From positions 62,001 to 126,000 of the forward strand of contig JAHLTZ010000037.1 in the NCBI GenBank assembly GCA_025786725.1: a stretch of 64,000 nt of DNA, read 5' to 3'. Numbering within the stretch: position 1 is the first letter of the stretch; every line of letters starts with the position of its first letter. Origin of the DNA: Syncephalis fuscata S228 (Eukaryota; Fungi; Zoopagomycota). The position numbers were made by a program, and so were the translations under genes. Below the pieces are notes generated by a model. It was given only the letters and a program-made list of their open reading frames with translations, searched no databases and was not told the DNA's origin. Positions 51,201 through 64,000 of this stretch are shown one piece after another.

Positions 51201-54200
51201 TATGCCAAACATCTTACCGATCCGACGATGGTCATTGTAGATCAGTTGATGGAAGATGCGCGTACATCATTACAGTTTGCCACTGTTATTAAGAATGAAG
51301 TAGCTGACCTTACGAAAGAAGCACCGGGCTGGTCGATTCCCAGTTGTATCGAACCAAGTTACGACAAAGTGATGCTGCAAACACTCGAGTTCTACTTTCG
51401 CCTCTTAACCTGGAAGCTTAAAGGTGGCAGTAAAGCTGTTTACTTTAAAGAAGCGGAAATATTAGAAAACGAATGGGGATTTATTAGTAAAATCGTTGTA
51501 TTTATTAATGGGGGTGAATGGGAATGTGCCCGACAAATATCGTAAGTTATTTAAAATGAATATAAATTGTAATTAATTTATGTTAATTTAATAGAAAATT
51601 ACATACACGCTTATTATTACGTGTATTGGCTTATCACAACTCACAAGTTTATTCACCGCCTGAAAGACCAGAAGGTGGACTGGTTAGATGGTACACACGC
51701 GTGTTGGATAGTGTACGTTTACGTGCTAGACGTTTATATCGTTTTGGACGGTAAGTAATGATGATTGCTATTGACTAGCAATAGTAACCAATGTTGTTAT
51801 ACTGTATACTATTAGACATGTTCATATACGTATGGAGAACGCGGGCGAATACAACTATTCGCTAAATGGACTACCGATGTTATTGGATGCATTGGCGCAA
51901 ACTGATCATTGTCTTGTTTATACGGGCACACTTGAATCGCGTGGCATGTATTTGATTGTATCAAATTCATTGGCCGGCGATGCAACGCGTATTGAAGAAG
52001 TACTCAACTACTGCACTATATCGCCGTGTGAGACCTATAATGAAGATAGCGCGGATGATCGTTATGCCCTAGTCATTGCCGCTCCTTCCGAATATTTCCA
52101 ATGGGAAGGATCTGTTATGGAAGCACCAATGAGCACGAATGAAATTAGCGTTAAGATGAATCGTGTACGGATTATTGCCGAACAGCCAAGCTGTCTACCT
52201 GATTGCAAGCGTGTATTCCTCGACCGTTCAGGCGATGTTGATTTATCAACAGCAGTTATGCATCGTATTAACATTCGAACAGTTAATCTTCAACATCAAC
52301 GCATGAAGCGTACTGCTCATCGATTATGTCAAGCGTTTATTCATGGCGCGACAGAGATTAGACGCCGTACTATAGGCGAATCCAATCGATGTGATCTTAT
52401 TCAAAGCTGGTACAGCTTTTCGGTTGAATATACACAGCGTATTATACGTACCATGGAACACGGTGCCCGTCAATCGCTGGCTCGTCGTATGAGTCAACTG
52501 GCCGTCAACTGGGTAACATTTGTTTGTGAAGACTGTGACCCAGATGACCGTAAAACGTTCCGATGGGCAATGAATGCACTTGAATTTGCCATGACGGCTA
52601 CACGAGGCAATTTCATTCTATTAATGAATGACGATGAATTTGCTCAATTGCGTGTTATGGTAGCGGGTTGCATGTCGCTACTTATTACACATGTCGATGT
52701 GCACGGTGCCCGTAGTTCGTTTGAAGCACGTGCGGCCGAACTGGAACGACGACAGGCATTAGAGGATGCTATGGTAGCCGAGGCAGCACGCGATAAAGGT
52801 CCAAGAAAGCCATTATCACGTTCACGTAGTATTGTTGTGCTTAACAAGACAGTCTCAGTGCCGAATAGTCCAGCGGATAGCAATGTCATAACAGCAAATA
52901 TCCCATCCTCCAATCCAAACGATACTACATCTAATGCGATGATTAAAATAGACGACGACACGGATGAACAAGCTGTACTAGACTCAGTACGAGCTAGTAA
53001 CATTTTATCGACTATTTCCTCGTTTATGTCAGGTGGCGCCGGTATTTATCACGGAGCCGAGAATTCATTAATGTATGTACGTGATGAATGGCTACGTCAG
53101 TTAAAGGATCTGGAACAACGACGGGCCCGCCAACAACAACAAAGCCATATGATTGGCCGTGTACTTGATGATGATCGTCCAGAGGACAGAGATCTAGTAT
53201 TTCTTGCCTCGTCATCGAGTAACATTTCACTGCGATGGCAACAGGGCAAGTATATTGGCGGTGGCACTTTTGGCAGTGTCTACTTAGCCATTAATCTGGA
53301 AAGTGGTGAATTAATGGCCGTTAAAGAAGTACGGTTCCAAGATGCATCATCACTTAGTGCTATGTACAAAAGTACTCGTGATGAAATGACTGTTATGGAA
53401 CTGCTTGACCATCCCAATATTGTATCTTATTATGGCATGGAAGTCCATCGCGATAAAGTATTTATTTTTATGGAATGCTGTCAAGGTGGTTCACTTACTG
53501 CTCTACTTGAAAACGGACGAATTGAAGATGAAAATGTCGTTCGTGTCTACACCGTACAAATGTTACGCGGTGCAGCCTATCTCCACGCCAACAACATCGT
53601 CCATCGTGACATAAAACCAGATAGTAAGTCATATATATATAATATATATATATACATATATATATACATAGTATTTATCAATAACTAACACTTTTTATTA
53701 GATGTGCTACTGGATGAAAAGGGCAACATTAAATTCGTCGACTTTGGTGCCGCTAAAATGATTGCCAATAACCAAAAGACATTTGCACAATCAACACTTA
53801 ACAAATCATCAAAACAATCGGATATGAAAATGGGCACCTTAACTGGTACACCGATGTACATGGCACCTGAAGTTATTACCGGCGGTGAAAAGGGCCGTAA
53901 AGGATCACAGGACATCTGGTCCATTGGCTGTTGTGTTCTTGAAATGGTCACCGGTCACCGACCTTGGCACAATCTCGATAATGAGTGGGCTGTGATGTAT
54001 CATGTGGCAACTGGCCGGCCATTAATGCCCGATGCATCGCAGTTAAGCCCGTTAGGCATAGATTTTCTCAAATGCTGTTTTAATCGATCATCAGCCACAC
54101 GGGCTACGGCACAAGAACTATTAAGTCATCCATGGCTTAAAGATGTACAAATAACACCGGTAGAGAGTAACAACAACAACAACAATGCACCACAGACACC

Positions 54201-54369
54201 ATTAGGCTCATCGACAGTGAATAGCAGTATAAGTGATCAGATTACCATGAGTAGTGTTAGTAGCAATGATAATCCATTGGCTATGGATTCATCAATAGAT
54301 ACTGCCAATAATGCCGATTTATCTTTTGTAAAAGCCAATGAGGATGTGAATGCAGCATCTGCGGAATAA
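48289..54369 (+). CDS. SSK2: SSK2/Wis4-type MAP kinase kinase kinase with a putative N-terminal BRCT domain
   Basis: RLEWQSMLTSVLTGEVIRSEKRRL (Ssk2 N-terminal domain), NISLRWQQGKYIGGGTFG, HRDIKP, DFG, GTPMYMAPE, DNEWAVMYHV. Upstream exons are spliced in frame except for one frameshift at ~49555. Confidence 0.9.
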
Positions 54370-54909
54370 ATGATATTTTATTATTATATTATAATTACTA
54401 ATACAGCGCAACATTAATCAATATATGTGGGTGACTTTTGTCTATTGCGGTAATAACGAACCAATCGGTATCCATTAGGATGAATATGGATGAATGAATA
54501 GATGCAAGTATGTTATGCATGTTAGAACCACATTACAAGATATGCTGTAGCCTTTTTATTATTCAACGCCATACCATGCTGCATTTATGCGTATGGACAT
54601 GCAGTGTTACCATGGTTTATAGATGCAACTATGAACCAAAAAGCATGAAAAGGGGAAATACAGTATTGAGTGATATTGAGCGAGTAAGTAAATGAAAGAC
54701 TGTGTTCTTTATGGGTACACTCATTGAATCTATTAATTCACACACACACACGACACACACACGATACACGCACAATACACACACGTGTCAAAAGGCAATA
54801 TAATATCCGTCCATAACACTTTCTACTTTCTATTATACTAACTGTTGACAAACTTTCAATTCACTAGTTGAATACTCATCCTGTTGTTTATAACTAACTA
54901 TTATCTTAT

Positions 54910-57883
54910 ATGGCGCCTACTTCTGCTCCTCCTTCGGGAGTTAATGTGAAATTACCGGGTGAACTACCGGTCATTCCACTCACAGAACGGGTTTTACTAC
55001 CCGGGCTTTTATTAAGAGTCAATTTGGACACTGAAGCCATGTTGGCTTTATTAAAGCATTTACGCTACTCTGTCACCTCGACTGGGTCGCCAAGTCCCCC
55101 CAATCGTGGTAGAAACACGAGAGGTGAAGATAGTAGTCAGCGATTGGTATTATGTGTGCCTGTAGTGAATACAAGTCATTTAACTATTATGGCTGCTGCT
55201 GCCAATGATACAAATAAAGGTGCAACGACTACATAAACGATAAAAAGGTATATCCTGGACAACAACAACAACAACAACAACGTGATACAAAGCCTAATAA
55301 ACAGCAACCAACAGTAGAGGAAAATCTACATAATGTATTTGCACCATTCGATGGAGATGATCAAGTTAGATGGCATCGAGTTGCTTGTGTGGCACGTGTT
55401 GTACGTATTCAACGAGTACTGGCCCCTACAACAACATATACAGTTATTCTTCAAGGTATAAAAGGATATTAATATTAGTAATACTGTGTTAACATATATA
55501 TATATATATATATTAAATAGGTCTTTCAAGAGTACATGTTAATAAACTGATTCAAGCTGAACCATTTCCAATTGCTAGTCTAACTCCGTTGGTTAGTCAA
55601 CGTAAGTTTTATTCTATCTATTTAATAACAAACACTAAATAATGGCTATAATTAGCCTATACACGGGGTCAGAAGACACTTGATGAACAAGTATTAGTGC
55701 TACAAACAACAGCACGTGAATTGTTATCATTTTTAAAAGAATTACAACTACCTGAATCGACATTACAGCAATTAAATCGATTTATTACGGATTCGAGCGA
55801 TGAACCAGGTGAATTGGCTGACATGCTTGCTGGCACAGTCGATGCATCACGTGAGGATCGGTTACGTGTATTGTCAGCGGTCGTTTTGGAAGAGCGATTG
55901 ACTTTGGTGACTGAACTATTGACCCGTCAAATTCACGTAAGTTATTAGAACTGGTCAACTGAATATACACTAATTAATGTATTTAGGCACTAAGTATTTC
56001 ACAAAAAATCCATTCAACTGTTGAAGGTAATTTAAGTAAAAAGCAACGTGAATTCTATCTACGTCAACAACTTGAAGCGATCAAAGAAGAGTTGGGCGAG
56101 AAGGATAATGACGGCGATGGTGGCGATTCGGATATCCATGACTTGCAAACCCGTTTGAATAATGCACAGCTGCCACCAGATGCTCAAAAGACGGCCAGTC
56201 GTGAATTAAAGCGTTTAAAACGAACACCCGCTGCATCGGCCGAACATCAAGTTATTCGTACCTATCTTGAATGGTTAACAGAACTGCCATGGCAGCCAGC
56301 GATCCGTAGTGAAGATACAGCAGCGGAGATTGATCTTGCTCATGCCCGCAAGCAGTTAAACGACGACCACCATGGCCTTGAACAGGTTAAACGGCGTATA
56401 CTTGAACACTTGGCGGTACTTCGTCTACGACGCGATGTACGTGGACCGATTATCTGTCTGGTGGGGCCGCCTGGTGTGGGTAAAACAAGTTTAGGACGAA
56501 GTATTGCCCGGGCACTTGGTCGTCGCTTTCATCGCATTGCTCTGGGTGGTGTACGTGATGAGGCTGAAATACGTGGACATCGACGCACTTATGTCGGTGC
56601 CATGCCTGGTTTAATCATCCAAGGTATGCGTAAAAGTGGCACTTGTGATCCAGTCTTTCTACTTGGTAAGTAAATTAGTAATTAATCGATTATTAATAGA
56701 TGAATTATCTAACCACTGTTATTATTATTAAGATGAAATTGACAAGGTAGGCCAGCATTCAATGCATGGTGATCCATCGGCCGCTTTACTTGAAGTACTT
56801 GATCCTGAACAGAACCATACATTTACCGATCATTATCTCAATATTCCATTTGATTTATCACGTTCATTATTTATTGCTACGGCCAATCGTATCGATACCA
56901 TTCCCCCACCACTTCTGGATCGAATGGAAGTGATTCAATTGTCGGGTTACACTGCCGATGAAAAACTAGCTATTGCCCGTCGTCATTTAGTGCCAAAACA
57001 AGCCACATCACATGGATTTGAATCGGGCCAATTTGAATTGACAGATGACACGTTAATGCGTATTATTGAAGGGTGGACACGTGAAGCCGGTGTACGTAAT
57101 CTTGAACGAGAAATTGCTGCCGTTTGTCGACGAGCTGCCGTACAACAAGCGGAACCATCGCTCGACGAGCATGCTCAACCATGGTCACCGCAACTTAATA
57201 CGGAGGAATTGGCCGAAATACTTGGACCGGAACGCTTTGAAGATGAAGTGGCCGCACGAGCCGCCATGCCTGGTCTAGCCACCGGTCTAGCCTACACACA
57301 ATCAGGCAGCGGTGGTCTATTATTCGTCGAGTGTAGTCGTATGCCCGGATCGGGTCGACTAACTCTTACGGGTAAACTGGGTGAAGTCATTAAAGAGTCG
57401 GCACATATTGCTCTTTCCTGGCTACGTGCCAATGCACACTTGCTTTCCCTGACCACTTCATCTAAAGAAGACCTACTTAGTGGCACCGATGTACATATTC
57501 ATTGTCCGGCCGGTGCTACACCTAAAGATGGACCCAGTGCCGGTATTACCCTGGTGACTGCGCTTTACTCGCTATTCTCCGGCCGAGTCGCCCCTACCTG
57601 GCTAGCTATGACGGGTGAGGTCACGCTACGTGGGCTTGTTATGCCGGTTGGTGGCCTTAAAGAAAAGTTAACTGCCGCCCATCGTGCTGGCTGTCGACGT
57701 GTACTTGTACCGGAAGGCAATAAGCCCCAAGTACTATGGGAAGTACCCGAGTTAATACGAGAACAAGTGGATGTCACTTATGTGGCATCAGTATGGGACG
57801 TACTTCATACAGTATTTGGCAATGAGGCTATTACACCACGACAAGCTGCACAAGGACAACTTGAGATGGCCAGTCGTCTATAG
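54910..57883 (+). CDS. LONP2: Peroxisomal Lon protease
   Basis: LON N-domain, Walker [23 protein letters not shown], catalytic PKDGPSAG and GGLKEK, C-terminal PTS1 SRL. Frameshift at ~55225. Confidence 0.95.
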
Positions 57884-58090
57884 TTGATTGGTTCATTGCT
57901 ATATGACCATGAAGCTATATCATATTATTAATATTATTTTATTATTACTATCAATATTGGTAGACAAGTCGATGGCATGCTATTGGCCATGACTAGTTTC
58001 TTTTCTTCTCTCTCTCTCTCTCTCTGCTAATAAACTACTACCAGTAAATAACAGTAATGATTTATTCTTTGTAATATGTATATATATAAT

Positions 58091-59166
58091 TTATAATAAT
58101 TCAACTTCACCTATGCGCAACATATCACGAATATACGAATATCGAAGTAAAAACATACTATTTTCATCCATAAATAATGTATCCATACTAATATATATTA
58201 ATTCATTAATTAATGAATATGCCATTCGTACAATTGTATTATTATTTATCCCTACTTACCTATCTGGCAATTGAATTTCGCCTATTCGTTTTCGTGAACG
58301 ACAAAACACAGCAGCATTAATATTTGGTTCAGATACTACAATAATAGGTACATTAGATTGATTAGCAAAATTATCTATTTCCATTATAACTAATAATAAC
58401 TTACTCATAGCTAGTGTATATTGTGTAGCTTTCTCATCTAAAGCTCTTTGTGATGTGGGTAGCATATTTAATGCTGAAGCATTATGTGCTTTTTCAACTA
58501 ATGCTTGATATCTATTTATTGTCATTACTACAATAGTAACTATAATAAGTATACTATACTACTTACTCGATCGCATAACTCTGTTCTGATGCTGATAATA
58601 AACTACTGGCCATATCTGGATCTTTAAGTAAATATAGCGCATATTTTTCTATCTATAGTATGAACATTCATTATAAATAAACTACTATTCAGTATAAATA
58701 TGTTTTATTAATGCGTACCTTATGTAAACGAGCACGTAAATAACTACGCAATACAAATCGAACACGTTCAACTTCCGTTTGATAAATGGTGATTTCTAGT
58801 GCATTCTGTTCAGTAGTATTATCACGCCATTCATCAATTTTATCAATCTAATAACAACAATTAATTGTACTAACTAATAAATAGTACATTTTTAATAGTT
58901 ACCTGTGCATCAAGTGCTTGTTGTAATTTCTCTACTAATAAATGTTCATAAAACAATAATTCAGGTGCTGCTCGTTCGTTGATCCATGCCTGTGTTAATT
59001 GAGCCAATGACGAAGGAGAGGCCTCGTCTAAACGACCTGATGCCAATCGTTGACCTTCAGTTGTATTCGCGGCAATGCCGACTTCAAGACCGAAATTCTC
59101 AATAATTGAGTCAATGGCCGCGTCATTGCGACTTGTATTATAATGATCCTCTCCAGTATTCGCCAT
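58091..59166 (-). CDS. SLD5: GINS complex subunit Sld5
   Basis: LTQAWINERAAPELL, YQTEVERVRFVLRSYLRARLHKIEKYA, EPNINAAVFCR, FLLRYSYIRDMLRIGEVELL*. Confidence 0.9.
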
Positions 59167-59242
59167 GGCTATGGCTAGTATTACTGTGGTGCAGTAAGAA
59201 GAAAAGATAAATATAAAGCGCACTTGCTTAATAACAATAATA

Positions 59243-59248
59243 ACGCGT
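59243..59248. promoter_or_regulatory. MCB-like ACGCGT element in the SLD5/DPB4 divergent promoter
   Basis: Exact MluI box between two head-to-head replication genes; a single 6-mer, so weak evidence on its own. Confidence 0.35.
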
Positions 59249-59551
59249 AGAAAAATAGAATCTAAAATATAGCTATTATAAAAGAAAATACGACTATTTT
59301 AACTAATATAATTATTAAAATGAATTATCTTTCCCAGTAGTTAGTAAAAGTTCCCTGCAATTTTTTATTCTTATTGGTACTACTGCTATTATCGTTGTTA
59401 CTATTGACTACCAATAAGCATTCTACACCTGGTCAATATACCTCGCTATTAGCGATACTACTTCTTGTGGGCGTGGTCGTATCGTCTTATTATTGTTATT
59501 GTAATAGTAGTAATAGTGGTAGCTGTTGTCGTTGTAGACAGTGGCGTAAAT

Positions 59552-60628
59552 ATGGCAAGCTCGTCCATTGAAGACCACGACCTTCCAAAGGCGATCTTGC
59601 AAAGAATTATCAAGTCTGTAGTAAGTAACTGGAGCATACGGTTGCCACTAATCTATAGTATGCATATATTCAATTAACCTGGTGGGCGATGATACCATTT
59701 AGCTACCAGACGGTGCAGCAGTACAACGCGATGCAAAAACTGCACTTGCTAAGGCGTGTACCGTGTTTATTAACTATTTAGCTGCAACGTATCCTTTATA
59801 AACGCGCATATCTATATATCTATATATATATATATATAAAGCACTGCTTATCAATGACACTAGAATATATACTTAGCACAATACTATTAGAGCACATGAT
59901 GTAGCAACCGATGAAAACCGTAAGATCATTAGTGCCAATGATGTACTTGCCGCAATGGATACCATTGAACTAGGCGATTTAGCGCCTAAAATGCAAGCTG
60001 AGCTAGAAGGTAAATTTAATTGATATGACACATTCATGACTGTAGATAGATAATGTAGCTTCAATTAGCATATAAACAATTAAAAGAGAAACGTAAAGCA
60101 TCTGCAACTACTACCAAGACAGAAACAGTAGCAGCAGCAACAGTGACGACGACAACCAACGATAGTGAAGATTTAAATACTCAAAATGAATCTTCAAAGA
60201 CTACTACTGATGTCAATGCCAATAATAGAAAACGAAAATCTATAGCAGCTGTAAAATCAAGTAGTAAAGCATCAAAATCTCGAACAAAAGCAACACGTAA
60301 CAGTACATTAACAAGCGATGCTACACGTGCTATGAAACAGTCATCGGGTGATGAAGAGATGGCAGATGCGGATGAAGAGGAAGAAGAAGAAGAAGACGAC
60401 GACGATGAAGATAATGAAGATGACGGTGATGACGAGGAAGAGGAAGAAGACGACGAGGAAGACGACGACGAAGATAACAAAGATATTAAAGCAAATGGTA
60501 TTAATAAGCTAAAATCTGAAGTCATTATTACACGTTCGCATAGCGATGATGAAGAAGAAGAAGACGACGACGATGACGACGATAGTCATTCAAATACTGA
60601 TGATCAAGATCGTATGGAAGACACATAG
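59552..60628 (+). CDS. DPB4: DNA polymerase epsilon subunit Dpb4/POLE3 (histone fold with acidic tail)
   Basis: IEDHDLPKAILQRIIKSVLPDGAAVQRDAKTALAKACTVFINYLAATAHDVATDENRKIISANDVLAAM, followed by a D/E-rich tail. Confidence 0.88.
59789..59890 (+). other. Putative U12-type (minor spliceosome) intron in DPB4
   Basis: 5' splice site GTATCCTTT is the exact U12 consensus. Branch-like ATACTTAGC lies ~13 nt before the AG. Splicing restores LAATAHD. Confidence 0.65.
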
Positions 60629-60681
60629 GAAACTGTTTAAGTAGTCTTATTCAACGAGTTAAAATGAAATAAACATAAAGA

Positions 60682-61414
60682 TTATACGGTACGTCGATCA
60701 GCTAGTACACGAATGATTGCGCCATGGCCTGTAACTTCAACCAACTAAATTCAACGTAATTAATACAAATGATTAATAAATACAATGAATTATATTACTA
60801 TTACAATGTTATTACCTTTTCATGCCACGCCAATAGTGTTGCACAATTGACACTTTCTGGATGGGCAAATCCACGATACAGGTATTTCATTAACAAGTCG
60901 CGTTGTTCACCATTCAATGATGCAATAACTGAGCCTGCATCGGCTGATTTTGTTGCCGACAAAATATCGATGATGGTTTTACTAGCTGTCGTCTAGAAAG
61001 CAGTGTATAGTTATGTAAATAAAAAGATATTAACAAAATTAATTTATTCATTATAAAATTGTTAGTATTATATTAATATGTTACTACTGTTATTATTATT
61101 TACAAGTATTACCTTGGCTTCAGCAAGTTGTTCGCCTCCATAAATGGGTGAAGCTAATGCTTTAACTAAAGCTGCTGTCGTGTCGCCACTTTATAAATGT
61201 GATAGGTTAAAAGTTAATAAACATAGCATAACATTTAGTATAGATGAACAAAAGCTTACCGTTGCAACAATTGCCTTACTTGGCCTGCTGTCTCGCTAGC
61301 AAGTGCTTGTGCCTCGTCGGGTGACAAGGCAGCGACAGTGTTCGCGGGTAAATAGTCTGATTCCCGAAAGAAATCCTCTTCAATAGAGTCAACGTCAATT
61401 TTACGATAAGCCAT
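60682..61414 (-). CDS. ARC15: Arp2/3 complex subunit 5 (ARPC5/Arc15)
   Basis: MAYRKIDVD, QRDLLMKYLYRGF, TLLAWHEKLVEVTGHGAIIRVLADRRTV*. Three introns. Confidence 0.93.
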
Positions 61415-62092
61415 ACTGTAAAGTAATAGTAACGGCGCTTAAAGTAGGCGATAACAACAAGCAAGCAGTAGTAGACGGAGTGATGAACAATAGAGATGTC
61501 CAACAATACTATAACAGTAATAATAGAGAAAGAGATGAGCAAGAGAAGAAAGTGTGTTGTGTGCTGTGTAGACGTCGTACGTCGTTTGTTGGTAGTGTAG
61601 TAATGACACTCCCTTAAATACTAAAATTTAATAATGAATCTACAATAATGAGTATTTGATGATTGATGTCATTCACCACTCGTCGTCATGTTCAATAGGT
61701 TGGATGTTATTAAATATTAGTCATTTGACCATCAAATCATACTAAATGGCTAATAAATTGTATAATAATGCTAAATAGTACACATCATTTTATATGATTA
61801 ACATATTTATTAATTTAATAAAGAAACAACAGAGTCAATAAGCTCTTAAAATTAAAACAAATGACTGGTATGCGAATATAATTGTAATTACAGGCTGTAA
61901 TATTGTAATGATTCGGAGGATTTCATAATAAACATGTTTTACTTGAGACCGGCCCAAGTCCAACGACTTCTAAACAATCATTTCCTTATCTTTAACATAA
62001 AAAACAATTAGTTAAGCTATTCAACAAACAATATAATTATTTGTCAAAACTTACCTAGTTCAATATTGTAAAGTGCTTTTATTGCTAAGCGT

Positions 62093-63887
62093 TCAGTCTG
62101 TTTGGCCATTAGACATGGCAAGACCTGTAGTATTGCTATTGGTCGAGTCCGATGGCTGGCCAGTGGCTGAATCTTCTGGACCAGCTGTTGGAAGGGTCGC
62201 GTCAGAAGGCGTCGAATGGCGACGCACTTCACAAACTACACACGCATTCTCCCAAGTCTCAGCGTGGCCGACTCGTACACCAGGACCGCCGACATAAAGT
62301 CGAATACGGAACTGACGGTATTCTCCGTCCAAAACGCGGAAATGTACGTTATCTTCAATGATAATATGCGCAGGCCAGTCTTGGGCTGGTGCAGTCAATT
62401 CACCTGGTGATCGCTGAAAGACTGGCGCCGTCACATTACCAGGAAATCGAGTAAGATGCACATCAGATAAGCCACTTGCTGAGCAAATGACCCAGCGTAG
62501 CCATTCGCGTAAAACGGCCAATTTGGGTCGGTCCGTGCGATGAAGTAACTCACTAAGTGACTTATTGGCAAATAGCATCGGATGATGGCCAAGCATGCTT
62601 AGTGACTCGTCCGAAACACGTACTACACGCAAGTCCATAAAAGTTAATAGAATTACCATGGTTGACAGCATAGATGCATTACTGTCATTTGGATTGGTCG
62701 TATTGGCAGCAGTGCTGCTCGTAGCCGTAACAACAGTAGCATTACTTGCTGCACCAGATGTAGTAGGTACAGGTGGAAAATAGTCTCGTCCACCTGAATG
62801 CGATGGTGTCAATGGTACATGAGGTGTGGTAGGTGTAATCGATAGATTTGATGAGTGTGACGATATGTTATGATTACTACCGTTATGCTGCATACCGGCC
62901 GGTGCCAATGACGCGTTAGGTGAACTGGCCGAGGTGGCAAGTCCTGTAGTTAGTGAGGAAAGTGGCGGTAGTGAAGGCCGATCCATCGACATATTCTGCG
63001 CAGTAAAAGATGCTGGCAGCGCAGAAGAGGCTGCTGATAATATCGATGGCAGCTTATGGCTTATAGGCATAGGCGGTCCATCCATAAGTGGCGGCAATTC
63101 AATGGGTGAGTATGGCTTTACTGCTATACCACTAAGAGGTGTATTCTGGCCCGAATCTGATGATTGCGGCGATAATGTACGTGGTGGCGCTAATACAGCA
63201 CTGTTTGAACTCATAGGCAATGACTGTGACTCTCTTACTGATGATATATGCTCATGGTGCGTATATACATCATTTGTCATTGATGGCGACATTGAACCAC
63301 TATTATCGATATCTTGTTGTTGTTGTTGTTGTTGTTGTTTAACAACGACCATCGGCACAGGCGATGATTCCATTGAATGATTTGACTCGGGCATTGATTG
63401 AATATATTCTTCTTTTACTGTAGGTTCAATCGATGTATGTGCTGTTGTTGTTGACTCTAGTATAGACGACGAGCGAGAATAGTTTGTAGTAGTAGTGTTA
63501 GTTGTTGTTGTTGCTGCCGACGAACCTCGTCGATGGCCTAATGAATAGGGTTGAAAGCGCGACGTACCTGTGGTCGTAGTTGAAGCGGCAACCGGTCCAC
63601 TACTACCACTACCAAGTATTGTTAACGGTGAAGTTTGCGTACGAGGTGAATGACTCGCTGAGCGTAATTCTTTCTTTATAGTCAAGTTAGCGTCCGATGG
63701 CGCAGTTATTTCTGTTACTTCTGTTGTTGCTTCTGGCGTTGCAGTTGTTGCTACAGACTCGGTCTTTGACTCGGGTTTAACAGAGGCTTCTTCTTCGGCA
63801 CGGCGACGTCCACGGCGGCGGTGATCCACGTCAATACAAGTATCAGCTTTCCCGCCCAGAATACAGCGGCGACAAGGACGATTAACT
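62093..63887 (-). CDS. Zn2Cys6-type transcription factor with C-terminal PAS-like region (5' end outside the window)
   Basis: Exon begins NRPCRRCILGGKADTCIDVDHRRRGR (second half of a binuclear cluster). C-terminal MDLRVVRVSDESLSMLGHHPMLFANKSLSELLHRTD is PAS-like. The upstream intron runs off the window. Confidence 0.7.
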
Positions 63888-64000
63888 GTTAAAAATATAC
63901 ACAAGCTTAGTTATATAATAAACAGAATTAACAGCAATGAGTAGCAGGCAGATGCAACCAATGAGACGAAAAAGACAATTGAAAAGAGTAAAGATGAACA

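Overview
AT-rich, gene-dense eukaryotic DNA with mostly 50-70 nt GT-AG introns. The gene content (CblC, a DEK-like protein, an intronless secreted subtilisin, a U12-like intron) points to an early-diverging, non-Dikarya fungus, possibly Zoopagomycota; this is inference. About 25 protein-coding genes can be assembled by hand: a CM1/Mto1-like protein, oligopeptidase B, DEK, two paralogous 2-TM proteins, secreted His-rich and Asp-box proteins, RPB3, DNAJC11, MEA1-like, KHA1, an S8 protease, bL35m, PIN4, SNF1, CblC, RPS27, an SSK2-like MAPKKK, peroxisomal Lon, SLD5, DPB4, ARPC5 and a partial Zn2Cys6 transcription factor. The most notable signal is missed by the ORF track: three degenerate remnants of Fanzor-like (eukaryotic TnpB-derived, RNA-guided RuvC) nucleases. 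Two are inverted copies of one ~700 bp element (178-882 on +, 35311-35985 on -) that keeps only the C-terminal RuvC-II/zinc-ribbon/RuvC-III coding part and a conserved 3' tail, as expected of omega-RNA 'ghost' loci. The third belongs to a second family and carries an intron (about 34322-34850 on -). Other leads are a BRCT-like domain fused to the MAPKKK, a minor-class intron in DPB4, a switch-like structured RPS27 intron and a possible non-AUG mitochondrial isoform of oligopeptidase B. At least 11 single-base-deletion frameshifts in otherwise intact genes are most likely assembly errors. All calls rest on manual motif recognition; no searches were run.
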